64,000 nt of DNA from Nemertoderma westbladi. Its lineage: Eukaryota; Animalia; Xenacoelomorpha. The notes beneath the pieces are model-generated. The model saw only the letters and a program-made list of their open reading frames with translations. It searched no databases and was not told the origin of the DNA. The translations under genes and the position numbers were made by a program. Positions 14,675 through 27,241 of this stretch are shown here, piece after piece. The DNA lies in the NCBI GenBank assembly GCA_032718475.1, contig JAUCBJ010006895.1, positions 91,790 to 155,789 of the forward strand, written 5' to 3'. Numbering within the stretch: position 1 is the stretch's first letter; the number at the start of each line of letters is the position of its first letter.

Positions 14675-16931
14675 GCTTCTTTATTGCAGTAAGCAATAAA
14701 GTTGAAAATACCGGTCAACCGGTAAACTTGAACCGGTACTTCTGTAGGTCAGTAGGCCCAACTGCCAGAACCGGTACTGCTGTAGGCCCGTAGGTCCAAC
14801 TGCCAGAACCGGTACTTCTGTAGGTCCGTAGACCTAACTGTCCCAACCGGTACTTCCCGTATAAGTACATTAGTATTATTCGATTTGATAGTTATATACC
14901 GCTAGGCCTTAATAATTAATCAGGGACTGCAGCCCTGGTTTTTTATTGAGATTTTTACTTATTTCTGTCAAATTTTATTTGTTTGTAGGCCAGTATTGAA
15001 CAGAAGGCGTGTAAGCCTGATCAGATTGTACAGACAATTTGTAGGCTGAGCTGTTGTCTGATTGCTGTTAAGTCTGACCGGATTGCAGTGTGTGTAGATC
15101 ACCTGTCCGATTAAGTACGGTTAGGAAGTAGGGGCAGCAAATGCTGTAAGGTAAACCCCCAACTAAAGAATAAGTCGTACTACTGGGTTAGAACGCATAC
15201 TCCCTAATCATTTCGGAGTCTGCATGTCCTGTAGTTTATTTAGGCTTGAGAGTAGTCTGCCATCGTTTAGTCTGTACTTTGTTTGCGTAAGTCTGTACGG
15301 GTAGCGTATAATTTTATTTAGATAATTTGTAGGCTGGATAGTTGTCTGGCTGTTATTAGGCCTGAGCGGATTGCAGCGTGTGTAGATCACTTGTCCGATA
15401 AAGAACGGTTAGGAAGTAGGGGCAGCGAATGCTGTAAGGTAAACCCCCAATTAAAGAATAAGTCGTACTACTGGGTTAGAACGTATACTACCTAATTATT
15501 TCGGAGTCTGCATATACCGTAGTTTGTTTAGGCTTGATAGTAGTCTGTCAGTGTTCGGTCTGCATTTTGTTTGAGTAGTTTGTACGCATAGCGTAATATT
15601 TATTATTCAGGGTTTATGCGATTATTCGCAACATTCATTCCCCAAGTTTGTTCCTACAGTAATTGTGTTTGTTATACATACCGCTATAGTTAAATTAACC
15701 CCGGTACTACACGGGCTGCTTGGCGTAGGTAAAGACTGGTGATTTTGTGCATCGGTCACTCCAGCAGATGCCGTGGTTCTTTTAGCTGTTCAAGTATATT
15801 TAACTACTGATTATCTGTTGTACAAGTACTCGTACCTAATTTAGGGTTTAGTGTACAGTACTTTCCGAAGTAATTAGTGTAGACATTATATTTGTGTTGT
15901 AAAGTGGTTGATAGGCACGTTGCGTTCGATTAGCTCTATTAACTTCTAGGTAGGAACACTCCGTGATACATAACGTAGAACCTATAGCGATACGGCTATA
16001 GGTCGTCAGGCGGTGGTATTTTCCTATCTGGACAACGCAGTGTATTTACTACTACTTATTATTTCAAATACCGTAGTACCCTGTCCGTTGTAATAACCAG
16101 ATTTCTAACCCTTTGTTAGGCTGGTTTGTAGACTTCTTGTAAAATTACCCTAAAAAATTCGTATTTTGTGTTTTTGTAAATTTTTGTGTTTATTTAGAGA
16201 TTGTAATCTCAACCCGAATCGTACGTAATTTGTAGTATTAAGTAACTTAGGTAAATTAGAATTATTTGTTTTAGTGTCCTATAAGTAACACTTCACTGAA
16301 AGCGTACCGCTTTGTGTAGTGATTACTCCCCAGAAATAATAACATTTATTTCAACATTGACAAAACCCATTAAAACGGGTATATATATATTATAAATCAA
16401 CTCAAACGATTTATAAATAGTAGGCCTGCCATACAACAATTAGGTCTCAATATCAGTTGGATTACTGCTCAAATAACGGTAGTAAAGTAAGTAAAGTAAC
16501 CAAGTAACCCTAAAATACAGAAATTCAATTATTTAAAATAATTGATATACCGGTATTTACGATAGGCCTATTATCTTTATTTCTATAAATTTAGGCTGAA
16601 ATTATACCGGTACTTATAATTAATTCTAGTCCAGAATTATATATACTACAAACTGTAAACTGTATACCGGTATTCCCGATAGGCCTATTATATATTTATA
16701 TATATTTGTGCTAAAATTATACCGGTATTCTGTGATAAACCTAGTCTGTAATAATACTTATATAGTTATATATACCATAAGCATACCGGTGTTCTAATAT
16801 ATTATATATATATATCCTACTATACTGAGTAGCAGTATCGGTAATTAATTACTAGGCTAGCAGTTAATACTAAGTTACTAGACTTGCTCAGACTGTAATA
16901 CAGCAGTAGACATTCAACTGTATACATAAAC

Positions 16932-19900
16932 ATGTCTGATACTAAGCAGAACCTGTCAGACAGTTTATTAGATGTAACTATCTGCGACTCAGATAGAGAC
17001 GTACAACCGTCTGGTCGTAAGTTCAGTTCACCTCCCACTGTGAGGAAGGTCATCCCTCCAGTAGTAATAACAGAACCTAGGCTAGTCCAACATCGTAGGT
17101 CTATCATAGGCACCCGAGCTCAGGTCAAGCGGGACCAAGAAGCAGCGGAACAGCAACAACCCGGGAGTCAAGAATTTATTCCTCAGCGGCCCAGCAGCTC
17201 CAGTAGTGAGGATACTGTAGAGCTGACACCCGAGCGCGGAGCAGAGATGACGGATGCGGTTTATACGGATCCCCTTCTCATCCTTCCTGCAGCCGTACTC
17301 ACTAGGTTATTGATCGCGGTGGAAGAACACCAGATCGATTGGGCGAGAAGTCAACGGTCAACTAGAGATAGTTATGCGGGATACACGAGTGAAGAACTGA
17401 GGTCTATTGTCGAGTCGCAATGGAACTTCCCCGGACCCGGACTCCCGTTTGATTTATCAGAAGCTGCCTGGGAAGACATACACCGGATGGGAGTAGCCAA
17501 GGAAACCATCGATCCAGCTGTGTGGAAGAGGTCCGCAGCCGGATACGCACAGGGATTCTTCAGCTCTATAGAGCGATTAAAAGAACAACTGTTTCAACAA
17601 CCTCAAGGACCTCAAGAGCAGGGATTGCTGCTTTATCAAGTTAGAGAAAGAATTCTACGAATCAGGCTAATCTTATCAGCCTTTGGGGAGGCTTCTAAAC
17701 GAAGACAAGACACGTCGTTGCAAGTTGCCGTAAAGACTTGGTTTCAACGGGTGAGTCTCCAGGTTCAAGGAACAGCTCAGTGGAAAGCTCAGCTGGAGGA
17801 GCGATCAACCCATGGAGAATCAACAGACGCTACTTTTTCCCAAGTGGAAAGTGAAGCGACGGCAGAGAAACCGCATAAGAGGGATGCCATTGACATCTAT
17901 CTGTCAGACTATCAACGTTTTTTAGGTGATGACGAGTTGAGGAGAAGGTTAGAGGGACTTAGCCCTAATAGTGAAGGAACCAAGCTTGTGTTGGATGCCA
18001 TCGATGTGGAAATGAGGGCTGCGAATCAGGCCAAATTTGATGAACAACTCCGCCTGACACGAGTCCAAGAAGAGCAAGTAAAGAAAAAACGCATAGAAGA
18101 CAGAAAGAAAGCAGCAGTGGTAGCTGCAGAAGCAGAAAGAAAAGCGGCAGCGGCAGAGGCAGCGGCAGAGGCAAAGGCGGCAGCGGCAGTGGCAGAAGCA
18201 AAAGCAGAAGCAGAAAGAAAGGCGGCAATGGCAGCGGCCGAAGCGGAAAGAAAAGCGACAGAGGCAGTGGCAGAAGCAGAACGGAGAGCAGCTGAAGAAA
18301 CCATCCAATTAGAATTGGAAAACATTCAGGAGAATCAAGACTGCATAAATAAACAGTTAACAGCTAGTAATATGCAGATGATGAATAGATCTACTCCCAA
18401 AAGACAGGGATATACATCATCTGAGGAAGGCGATACCACCGATACTGAAGGCAAAGGAAATAGATCTCGTCTAAGCAGACGTAAAAGAACATTCCACCGT
18501 CAGAAATTGCCTGATTTGCCTCCAGCTGTTAGAAGGCAACTAAATAACACCAACTTAGGTAGTACAGAGCCCACAGACCAAATAATTAAAATAGAAAGAC
18601 TCCCTACTATAGTAGATGAGCCTGAAGTAATTAGGCCTGTTCTTGAAATCACCCCTTCGGTGATAGACACACCTGTGCTCCCTGAAACTACCTCTAAATT
18701 CCCTCTGCATAGCACTAAGCTACCTGTGCCCCGTAGAACTGCCCAGGAAACAGTTCAGGTCCTGGACCCCGAGCGAAATATTCCTGATTTGTCGCCCGTT
18801 GTCCCTCGTCCGCCCGCTACAACGTTGGCGACTCCCGCTTCGGCGGTCGAATGGGTGGACGAGAGACGGCGGGGGATGGATCTCCTGCTCGGGCAGATGC
18901 AGGAGACGGTTCAGCAATTTAAGGGCACAGTAAGGGAAAGTAGGCTAGAGTTGCAAGAAGTGCAGCAAAGTATTGCGCTAGAACGCGATAAATTAGTAAA
19001 TACCCAAAAGGGTATACCACCACCCTCTGTAACAATGTGTCAACCTGTTAGGTCTGAAGTATCGCATGCGCAAGGTGTGGAGCCTACACGCATCTATACT
19101 GCTAGCGAAGTAGAAACTCCTATAGTGAACCCTATTAAGGGTAATTATAGACCTGTTGATAATGATATTCCATATAGAACTGATCATAATCCGAGAAATT
19201 TATATACCGATAACTCGATATTAAATAACACGATGGCCCAAGAAAGTTTTACGCGTCAAATGGCTAGAACCGAAGCCCGGCAAGCGGTAAAGGTGGGAGA
19301 GATCGTCAAGTTCAATGGAGATGAGATGAAATGGTTACCTTTTAATGAATATTACAAAGATAACATACAGAACTCTGTACTATCTAATGGAGAAAAACTT
19401 AGATACCTCATCGAGTGCTTGGAAGGATCTCCCAAGTTAATGGCGTTAAAGTTTATTGGACATCCAGACGGATTAAGACAAGTTTGGGACACACTAAACA
19501 TCAGGTATGGTAATAGGAATAATATCGCTAAGTATTTATATGCAAAATTGGTAGCGCCCAGAAAGTTCATCAGCAGTGGGATAATAGAGTTTTCCGATGA
19601 GATTCAAGAGATCTGTAGACAATTAGATTGGTTAGGTAAGTCTCATGAATACCAAAGTTCTATGGTCATTGGAGCTGTGGCTTCTACTTTACCGAAAGGT
19701 GGGGTAGGCACACGCTGGGATAAGAAAGTACTATATATGATGGAACAACAACGACGAGACCCTACCATGGCTGATCTCATGTCATTCTTGGATGGAGAAG
19801 TGAAATTGCAACTCCTCAAGCAGTCCCGAGAGAAGACACCGGAAAACAAGGTAAGTGAAAAACCCGTCTCTAGGAGAAAGGTAACACCAGTGTGTTATAC

Positions 19901-22900
19901 AGACGACGGCGAAAGCCAGACTTCTCAAGGAGAAGATAGCGGGAAAGACACTGATAGATCTTATTATGTCAATAAAATGCCTAAAGATCAGGTAAGTAAA
20001 TTCAAGTCTCGAGCAAATGACAGGAGAGAACAGGTAAGAAAAACTCCTCCCACGTCTCCCAAGAGAATTCAGGTGAGAAAGCCAGAAGAAAAGGCAAGTG
20101 TACACAATGTGACTCAGAATAAGGTAAGTAACATCAAACCAAAATGTGCGCTGTGTGACGGGACCCACCATTTGAATAGGTGTGATGAATTTCTAAAGAA
20201 ATCATTAACGGAGAGACGCGAAGTCATGTGGGATAAGCGGTTATGTTATAATTGCCTCAGACAAGGACACCTACTTTACTACTTTACTGGCCCTTCCCGT
20301 AGAACACTCAAAGAAAGACTACCGCAAGAGCGCGTCTGTCAGGTGAGTGAATGGGAAGATGATACCAGTGAGGGAGACAACTCAACTGATGGAATTCCAT
20401 ACTCCTCAGATAACGACGACGTTCACCAGCTTTTTGATGAGGAGAATACCATCGATCTCCTTAAGGAAAACGAGGCTTGGCAAAACCAAGTTAACTTATG
20501 TCAACTTCTCTATCCATCTGAACGAGAAGCTTATAACGACGAGTTAAATGACGTCATTGAGCGTTGCAATGCCAAGACTCGAGATGAACATGCTGTACGA
20601 TTCTTTACGCAAGAGGCGGTAGAGCCCAATTCCTACGATAAAGCCTTATCGGTGGAAGAGGAAAGGGCCAAGCAGATCCAAGAGACAACTACACGTTTCC
20701 TCAAAGATCAAGGAAGGTACGAAGTCGGTTTACCTTTTCGCAAGAGAGAACCGAAGTTCATCAATAACAGACCTTTGGCGGAAAAAAGAATCGCGCAACT
20801 CCATCGACGCCTTACGGCTAATTCTTCAGCTAAAGCAATGTATCAAACACAGCTGAAAAAATTTATTAATAAGGGATACGCGGAGAGGGTACCGGAAGAA
20901 ACACCTGTGACTGAAAGAACGTATTACTTAACTCACCATTACGTTCCTAAACCCGGTAAACCACACGAAGTGAGAGTAGTGTTTGATGGCTCCGCTCTTT
21001 ACATGGGTCAATCCCTTAACTCTGAATTGTTACCCGGACCCAACTTGCTTCAATCTTTGTTGGGAATTCTTTTAAGATTGAGACAATATTCTATTGCTTT
21101 CGCCTCCGATATAGAAGGCATGTTCTTATAAGTCAAGGTGTTAGATAGGGATCGAGATAGTCTACGATTTCTGTGGTGGCCCGAAGGAGACCTCAACCAG
21201 AAACCGGTGGAGTACTGGATGACCATCCAGGCCTTTGGGATAATCTCAAGCCCTTCCAACGCCTGTTCGGTAGTGCGCACTACTGCAGAGGACAACAGAC
21301 AGGCCTTCTCTAAGGAAGTGATCGACAACATCAAGAGAGACATATACATGGACGACAATCTGAAGTCCCTTCCATCAGTTGAGGAAGCCATTGAGGTCGC
21401 TAAAGGAACGGTAGAGTGCTTAAAAAGAGGTGGTTTTCGATTAACAAAATTCACCAGCAACTCCCGTGAGTTTCTGGAGTCGATCCCTGCGGAAGATCGA
21501 GGAGCGAAAGATCTCGATTTGATCAAAGATGATCTGCCAGAAACCAAGACACTCGGCTTGAAATGGGACACAGAGCGAGATATCCTGTTTTTCCAACTAA
21601 AACAGCGAGATAATCCAGTTCGAACCAAACGGATTTGCTTAAGTATACTGAGCACTTATTTCGATCCATTGGGATTTATTAGCCCAGTTATATTGATTGC
21701 TCGAAGTTTGGTACAACAAATGTGGCTTGAAAACCACTCATGGGACGATCCACTTAAGGGAGAATTATTGAAGAAGTGGATGAAATGGGAAGATTCTCTA
21801 CCAGCCATCGAGGATTTTATAATTTCCCGTTCATATTTTGGTCATGTTCTCCCTACGTATTCCTATCAACTCCATGTGTTTGGAGACGCCAGCGATATGG
21901 GAATCGGTATAGTAGCCTACCTAAGAGTGGAAACTCCGGATGGAATCAAAGTCGCCTTGGTTACTTCTAAGGCATTAATCAACAACAAGTTGAAAGTTCC
22001 TCGAGCGGAGTTAAAAGCGGCTCTATACGCTACAGCCATCGGCCGGAATGTAACCGAACAGATTGACTATACATTAGAGAAAACTGTCTATTGGACCGAC
22101 GCTTTACTCGTGTTAGAGTATATAACCAATGAAGTCTGTCAGTTCAGCGTCTTCATTACCAACAGGGTAGCCATCATACTTAGTCGCACGACGATGGACC
22201 AATGGAGACATTGCCCCGGAACGATTAACCCAGCAGACATCGCTTCCCGAGGAGCGACTCCAAAGGAATTGGTAAATACTCCCGAATGGTTAGGAGGACC
22301 CGACTTTCTCTATAGAGAAGAAGAAGAATGGCCTCCCCATCTCACAACAGCAGAGATCAGACAGGCCAAGGGAGCGGAGAAAGTTAAACCCAAAACTCGA
22401 GCGAGTAAATCGAAGTTGTTTAAACCTGCGGTTGATCTATCTGTATTATTTACTTCCGGAGAGGATGCTTTGGATCAGAAACCCACCGCCACGACTAAAG
22501 AAGTCTTGGAAATCCGTGACAAGGATTGGAAATCTGGAATACCAGATATTTCGCAAGGACTCTCACCTCTCTTGCAGAGAGCGATACGTCACTACAGTTC
22601 CTGGAATCGGCTCTGTAAATCTGTCACCTATTTAAAACGATGTTTTCATCATCGTTACTCCGGGACAAAGACCCATAGTGATGATGCTCCATCAACATCT
22701 GCACGAGTCCATGTTGTTAAAGATCTTCCCCAATACAAGGTATCCAACAGGTTTCTAAAGGAGAAGATCAGTTACCAGGAGCATGATGAAACCAACAAAC
22801 AGATGCTGAGACTTCTACAATGTTATGAGGATTCCGATAAGTATTTCCTGTTGTTAAGAAATCCACAGATGCGCTTAAGGGATCGCTTCTCTAGTACCAT

Positions 22901-24230
22901 GATAGATGGGTTAATACGTGTTGGAGGTCGGCTAACCAACGCCCCGTTATCCTTTGACACTAAGTTCCCCATACTCATCAGAAATCTTGACATACAGATC
23001 AAGATAATTGTAGATGTTCATAGCAAACTGTATCATGCTGGTAGAGAACGAGTTATGAGCGAAATTCGAACTCGCTACTATTTTTATAAACCTCGTAGGG
23101 CTCTGAACCAAGTTCTTAGGAATTGTATACCCTGTAGGAAAGCATTCAGTAGGCCTTTGACACAGCGAGAGGCAGAATTACCTAGGGAAAGAGTAAGCTT
23201 CTATGAACCACCCTTTACTAATACCGGTGTGGATTTATTTGGCCCTATTGAAGTATATCGTGCCCGGACTATAGTCAAGAGATGGTGTGTCATCTTCGTT
23301 TGTATGACTTGTAGAGCTATCCATCTCGATATGGTAAACGATCTATCCACCAACAGCTTCGTGTTGAGTTTACGACGACAGATCGCTCGCTTCGGAACCA
23401 GTAACACGATGAGATCGGATAAGGGAACGAACTTCATTGGCGCCAACAACGAAATTCAAGCTTACGTAAAGGACTGGAATAAAAGACAGGTGGACGACCA
23501 GCTAAGGATAACAGCGTCTAGCTGGACCTTCAACGCCGCCGACGCCCCTTGGTGGGGAGGAAGTTGGGAGAGATTGATTAGGAGCGTGAAGACTGCGTTC
23601 CACTTTATTGTGCCTTGTCGCGCTTATCTCACCGACGAACTATTGCGGATGTTAATGGAGGAAATCGCCGCCTATCTCAACGAAAGACCGCTTATGCCAG
23701 TCTCTTCAAATCCTGATTCCCTGGAAGCGCTAACACCCGCGCACTTTCTACTGAAGAAACCCGTAGCCATGCTCCCACGATCGGAGATCACAGACGGAGA
23801 CGAGTACTGCCGTCGAACCTGGCAACTTATGCAGTTGCTATCCCGTCGTTTCGCTGACCATTTCGAGAAACATTACCTGCCCACTCTACAACTTCGAACT
23901 AAGTGGTTTGCGCAGCAAGAAAACGTCAGCGCTGGAGACATGGTGCTTATTGTGGACCCCGATCTCCCACGTAAGCGATGGCAAACAGGACGTATCATCG
24001 AGACTTATATCTCGAGCGATGGTTTGGTGCGATCAGTAGAGCTCGTCGTCATGCGGCGGAACTTTAAGAAACCAGGGATAGTCTTTGAGACTCAACAGCT
24101 CAATCGCCCAGTGGGACGTTTATGTTTACTGGAAAGAGACAGAGAGCTCTCCGGAAACTATGGAAGGCAAGAAACTCTTCCCACGACTACTTCCCTAATC
24201 CAACCGACATCTAGGGACTCCCCAACTTAA
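16932..24230 (+). pseudogene. BEL/Pao gag-pol polyprotein, single frame with one premature TAA at 21129-21131 and the protease deleted
   Basis: ORFs 16932-21131 and 21138-24230 are in the same frame (MFL*VKV, expected MFLQVKV). Gag FNGDEMKWLPF and Zn knuckles. RT VRVVFDGS, LLPGPNL, YMDD. RNase H LHVFGDAS, PRAEL, WTD, NPADIASRG. IN HHCC, GVDLFGP, SDKGTNF, GGSWERLI. Confidence 0.95.
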
Positions 24231-25853
24231 TATCGTTCGGAGTGGGCGTGTGACTCTATTATTTTATATTATTTTATTATTTTTATATTTATGTATGTAT
24301 TACTATGTAATTTTATTATAATCGTTTTATTTAATTTAGTAGAATATTATTTAGCGATTATTTTGTAGAATAGTGCAATATATTCGTGTTTATTACGTAA
24401 GTAATTACTTATATTATATTTAGTGAGACGGCGAAGAAATAATTATTTTTCTCTTTCCTTACTGTCCGTATTATATTATAAATACGTAACTACAGTAAGA
24501 TGAAATGTCCGTACTTATTAAAGTACAATAAAGCCACTACTATATTTAAGTATTATTGGTAGGCAGAGTATTAGGAATGCAAAGTTCAGATCCTCGTGTC
24601 TCGGCTAAACCAAGCTCTGGGTAAACCTTGGAAACGACTTGCCTCTTCACACTGACATTGCTTCGTGCGATATTGCTCTCATACCGTATATTAAATAATA
24701 CATATAGTAGCGTGATGTCCCTTTAACAGTAGCGTATAACGCAAAATAAATCTGTTAAACCCTTTGACCATCTGTAATTCTAGTCGATTAAGATATCGCG
24801 GCACCCACCGATATACTTGAAAGACAAATTCTAGAATCAGTGGTTAACGTCCCCAGACAAGTTCTGGAATAAATCGGTGCCCATCTCAAATATTAATTAT
24901 TTAATATTTGCAAATCTAATAAATCAAAATCTGTAAAATTCAGATCCTTCAACAATTCTAGTCAATTAAGATATCGTAGCATTTACCGATATTCTTAAAA
25001 AAGACAATTGTCATAGAATTAAGGATCTTGTGTCTCTAGACATGTTCTAGAATCAAAATATGTCCATTTAATTATCAAATAATAAAATTTCAGGGAATAA
25101 ATTTAAATTCATGCCTTTTAATGAATTTAATAAATTGCCATTTTTACGCAATTTATAAAGTTCCCAAAATTCCATTAATTAATAGATCAAGGGAGCGGAG
25201 ATTTATCTTATCATGCGTATGAGTGTGTGAAAGTCTCCCAAACATAGTCAATAGCCGATAAAATTCATAAAGTCATGTATAAAACAGAACATTGATTATT
25301 AAAGAATACTATTAAATAACATCCCAGATCTGTATGCATTGGAATCACCCTAATTCTACCGCTAGCTTTGCATAATGTCACCATAGCAACAACCACGCTA
25401 GAATTAGAATTGAGTTAAAAGAACAATAGAAAGCTTGTCCCATTGAATAGCATAGGGAATAAATAGCGCACTGCTAGTATCCAAGGATACATAATAATAC
25501 AGTGACATTCTGGAAGGCATTGACTAACGGACAAATGGCCCGAATGTGCGTAGTTGTGACCAGTTGTGTGGTATTTGTGAGTTTATAGGTGAATGTTACT
25601 GCTAAGGTGTGTTTACAGTAGCTAGTCGCAATCGTAAAAGTAACCTAACTCTCCAAGGAAAACCTGAAGTACATCCAAGCCTTTGGGACGGACAGTCGAG
25701 TGACTTGTGCCGGTTGTCGTTGTCGTTGTGCGGCTACGTCGTTGGCGAAAGTACAGCGGCGACGACACATCGGCGCTGAGGATCTCGTACTGTCCAGGGG
25801 TTAATTGGAGTAGGCAGCGACGCTCGCTAGCCTAAATATAAACTCCTTATAAT

Positions 25854-27163
25854 ATGGATAAACTCATATATAGCAGATATGACGGAGTGATAGAAGATGG
25901 TCTTGGTATCGGGGAGCGATATACTCTACTTTTGCAAGCGTTTGTTGATAGCTTAATACGCGGCGACGTTAGTCCAACTGCTGCGGAGGACGATGGTCGT
26001 TATATCGAACCGACAATGTCCCAAGTGCAGCTCTCGCGAGAGTTGGACTATAGAAAATTCGCTGCTCGATATACGCAGCGTAATGGTACGTATATGGGCT
26101 TCTTAACTACTGGTCATTCTATCAATTTACACAATACGGACTATGTCGACTATATATCCTGCCCAGCGGAGTCGGAACCATAAACTGAAATTCGAATGCG
26201 AAAATTCTATTCGAAATCGACTCGAAAGAAAAGACACTAAAGAAACAAATGGACGCGGTAACTCCAACGTATATTTGGAATTCTTGATAGAAGCATTGTA
26301 ACAACAAATAAATATCACCCGCGTTTACCTTACCAGACGTGCGTCTTTGGTATTATTACGATAAATGCCCTAGACCCAACTAATAAACGGAAAGACATAA
26401 ACGTCCACGGAAACCGAAACTTGTTGACGTATCACCTATGCTCACTCGGCTCGAACGATCCTGGAGTAAACCTACGATCAGAGTCCCGGAATACTCGGTC
26501 AAACCTCCTCATTCCTTAGTTGGACCTCAGACCTGCGATCCTGGTGGTGTCGCGGATCCTCGCGGACTGTATTCACTGTTCAAAGATCTAGTGCTACCCT
26601 AACAATTAATCGGTAACACTCCGACAGTGATTTCTAGCTAGCCGCCCATCTTACCTAGCCGGATTGTGACGCGGACACCTAATATCACTATCCAACCGTA
26701 TGGTCGTCCCCGTTTAACGCGATACAACCCCTCATCAAGGTGAAGGAGAGCTTTGTACGAAACGAGTTAAACGCAATTCTATAAAGATCAAAAGAGAAAC
26801 CTGCGTTTGTTCAGATAAACGTAAGTTATAACAGTAAGTCCAGTCGATAAACGAATTGGCCTTATCTCAATTCGATTGGGAAATCCAGAATCTCTAAGAA
26901 GTTATCGAACTTGGACGATCCTATTCTCTGCGAGAGTTTTTGGATGAACGTATCCAGCTACGAGCGGAGGAAAATCAGCTCGAGGAGAAGCATATCGAAA
27001 CGGCAGATACCTCGACCACAATCCTACACCTTCTGATGCAATCATATTGCACCCTTCACCCAGGAGTTATGGCCCTCCTAGTAAAGTGGCTCCCCCCAAA
27101 GAGAAAAAGACTCTTGCTAGCCTCAAAAAACTGCGTAAACGCCGTCTGCGTAAGAAGGGCTAA
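25854..27163 (+). pseudogene. Degenerate accessory ORF3 of element 1, homolog of 45308-46756
   Basis: N-terminus (IEDGLGIGERYTLLLQAFVDSLIRG...ENSIRNRL) and C-terminus (PSDAIILHPSPRSY...KKLRKRRLRKKG*) match element 2 ORF3. Frameshift and stops in between. Confidence 0.75.
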
Positions 27164-27233
27164 CTGTTTAGAGTATCTTTATATTTTAGAAACTGTGATT
27201 TGTTATATTTTATAGACTTAAATCCCATTTTCT

Positions 27234-27241
27234 GGGAGCGG
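27234..27241 (+). promoter_or_regulatory. Polypurine tract of element 1
   Basis: GGGAGCGG directly before the TG of the 3' LTR. Identical in element 2 at 46827-46834. Confidence 0.75.

Noticed and set aside
17949-18325. Cys-rich and Leu/Pro-rich minus-strand ORFs (also 40049-40531)
   Set aside because: Antisense shadows of the Ala/Glu/Lys coiled-coil repeat in Gag
21129-21131. Programmed stop read-through between gag and pol
   Set aside because: The TAA lies inside the RT domain at a conserved Gln (MFLQV), so it is most simply a C-to-T nonsense change or a sequencing error
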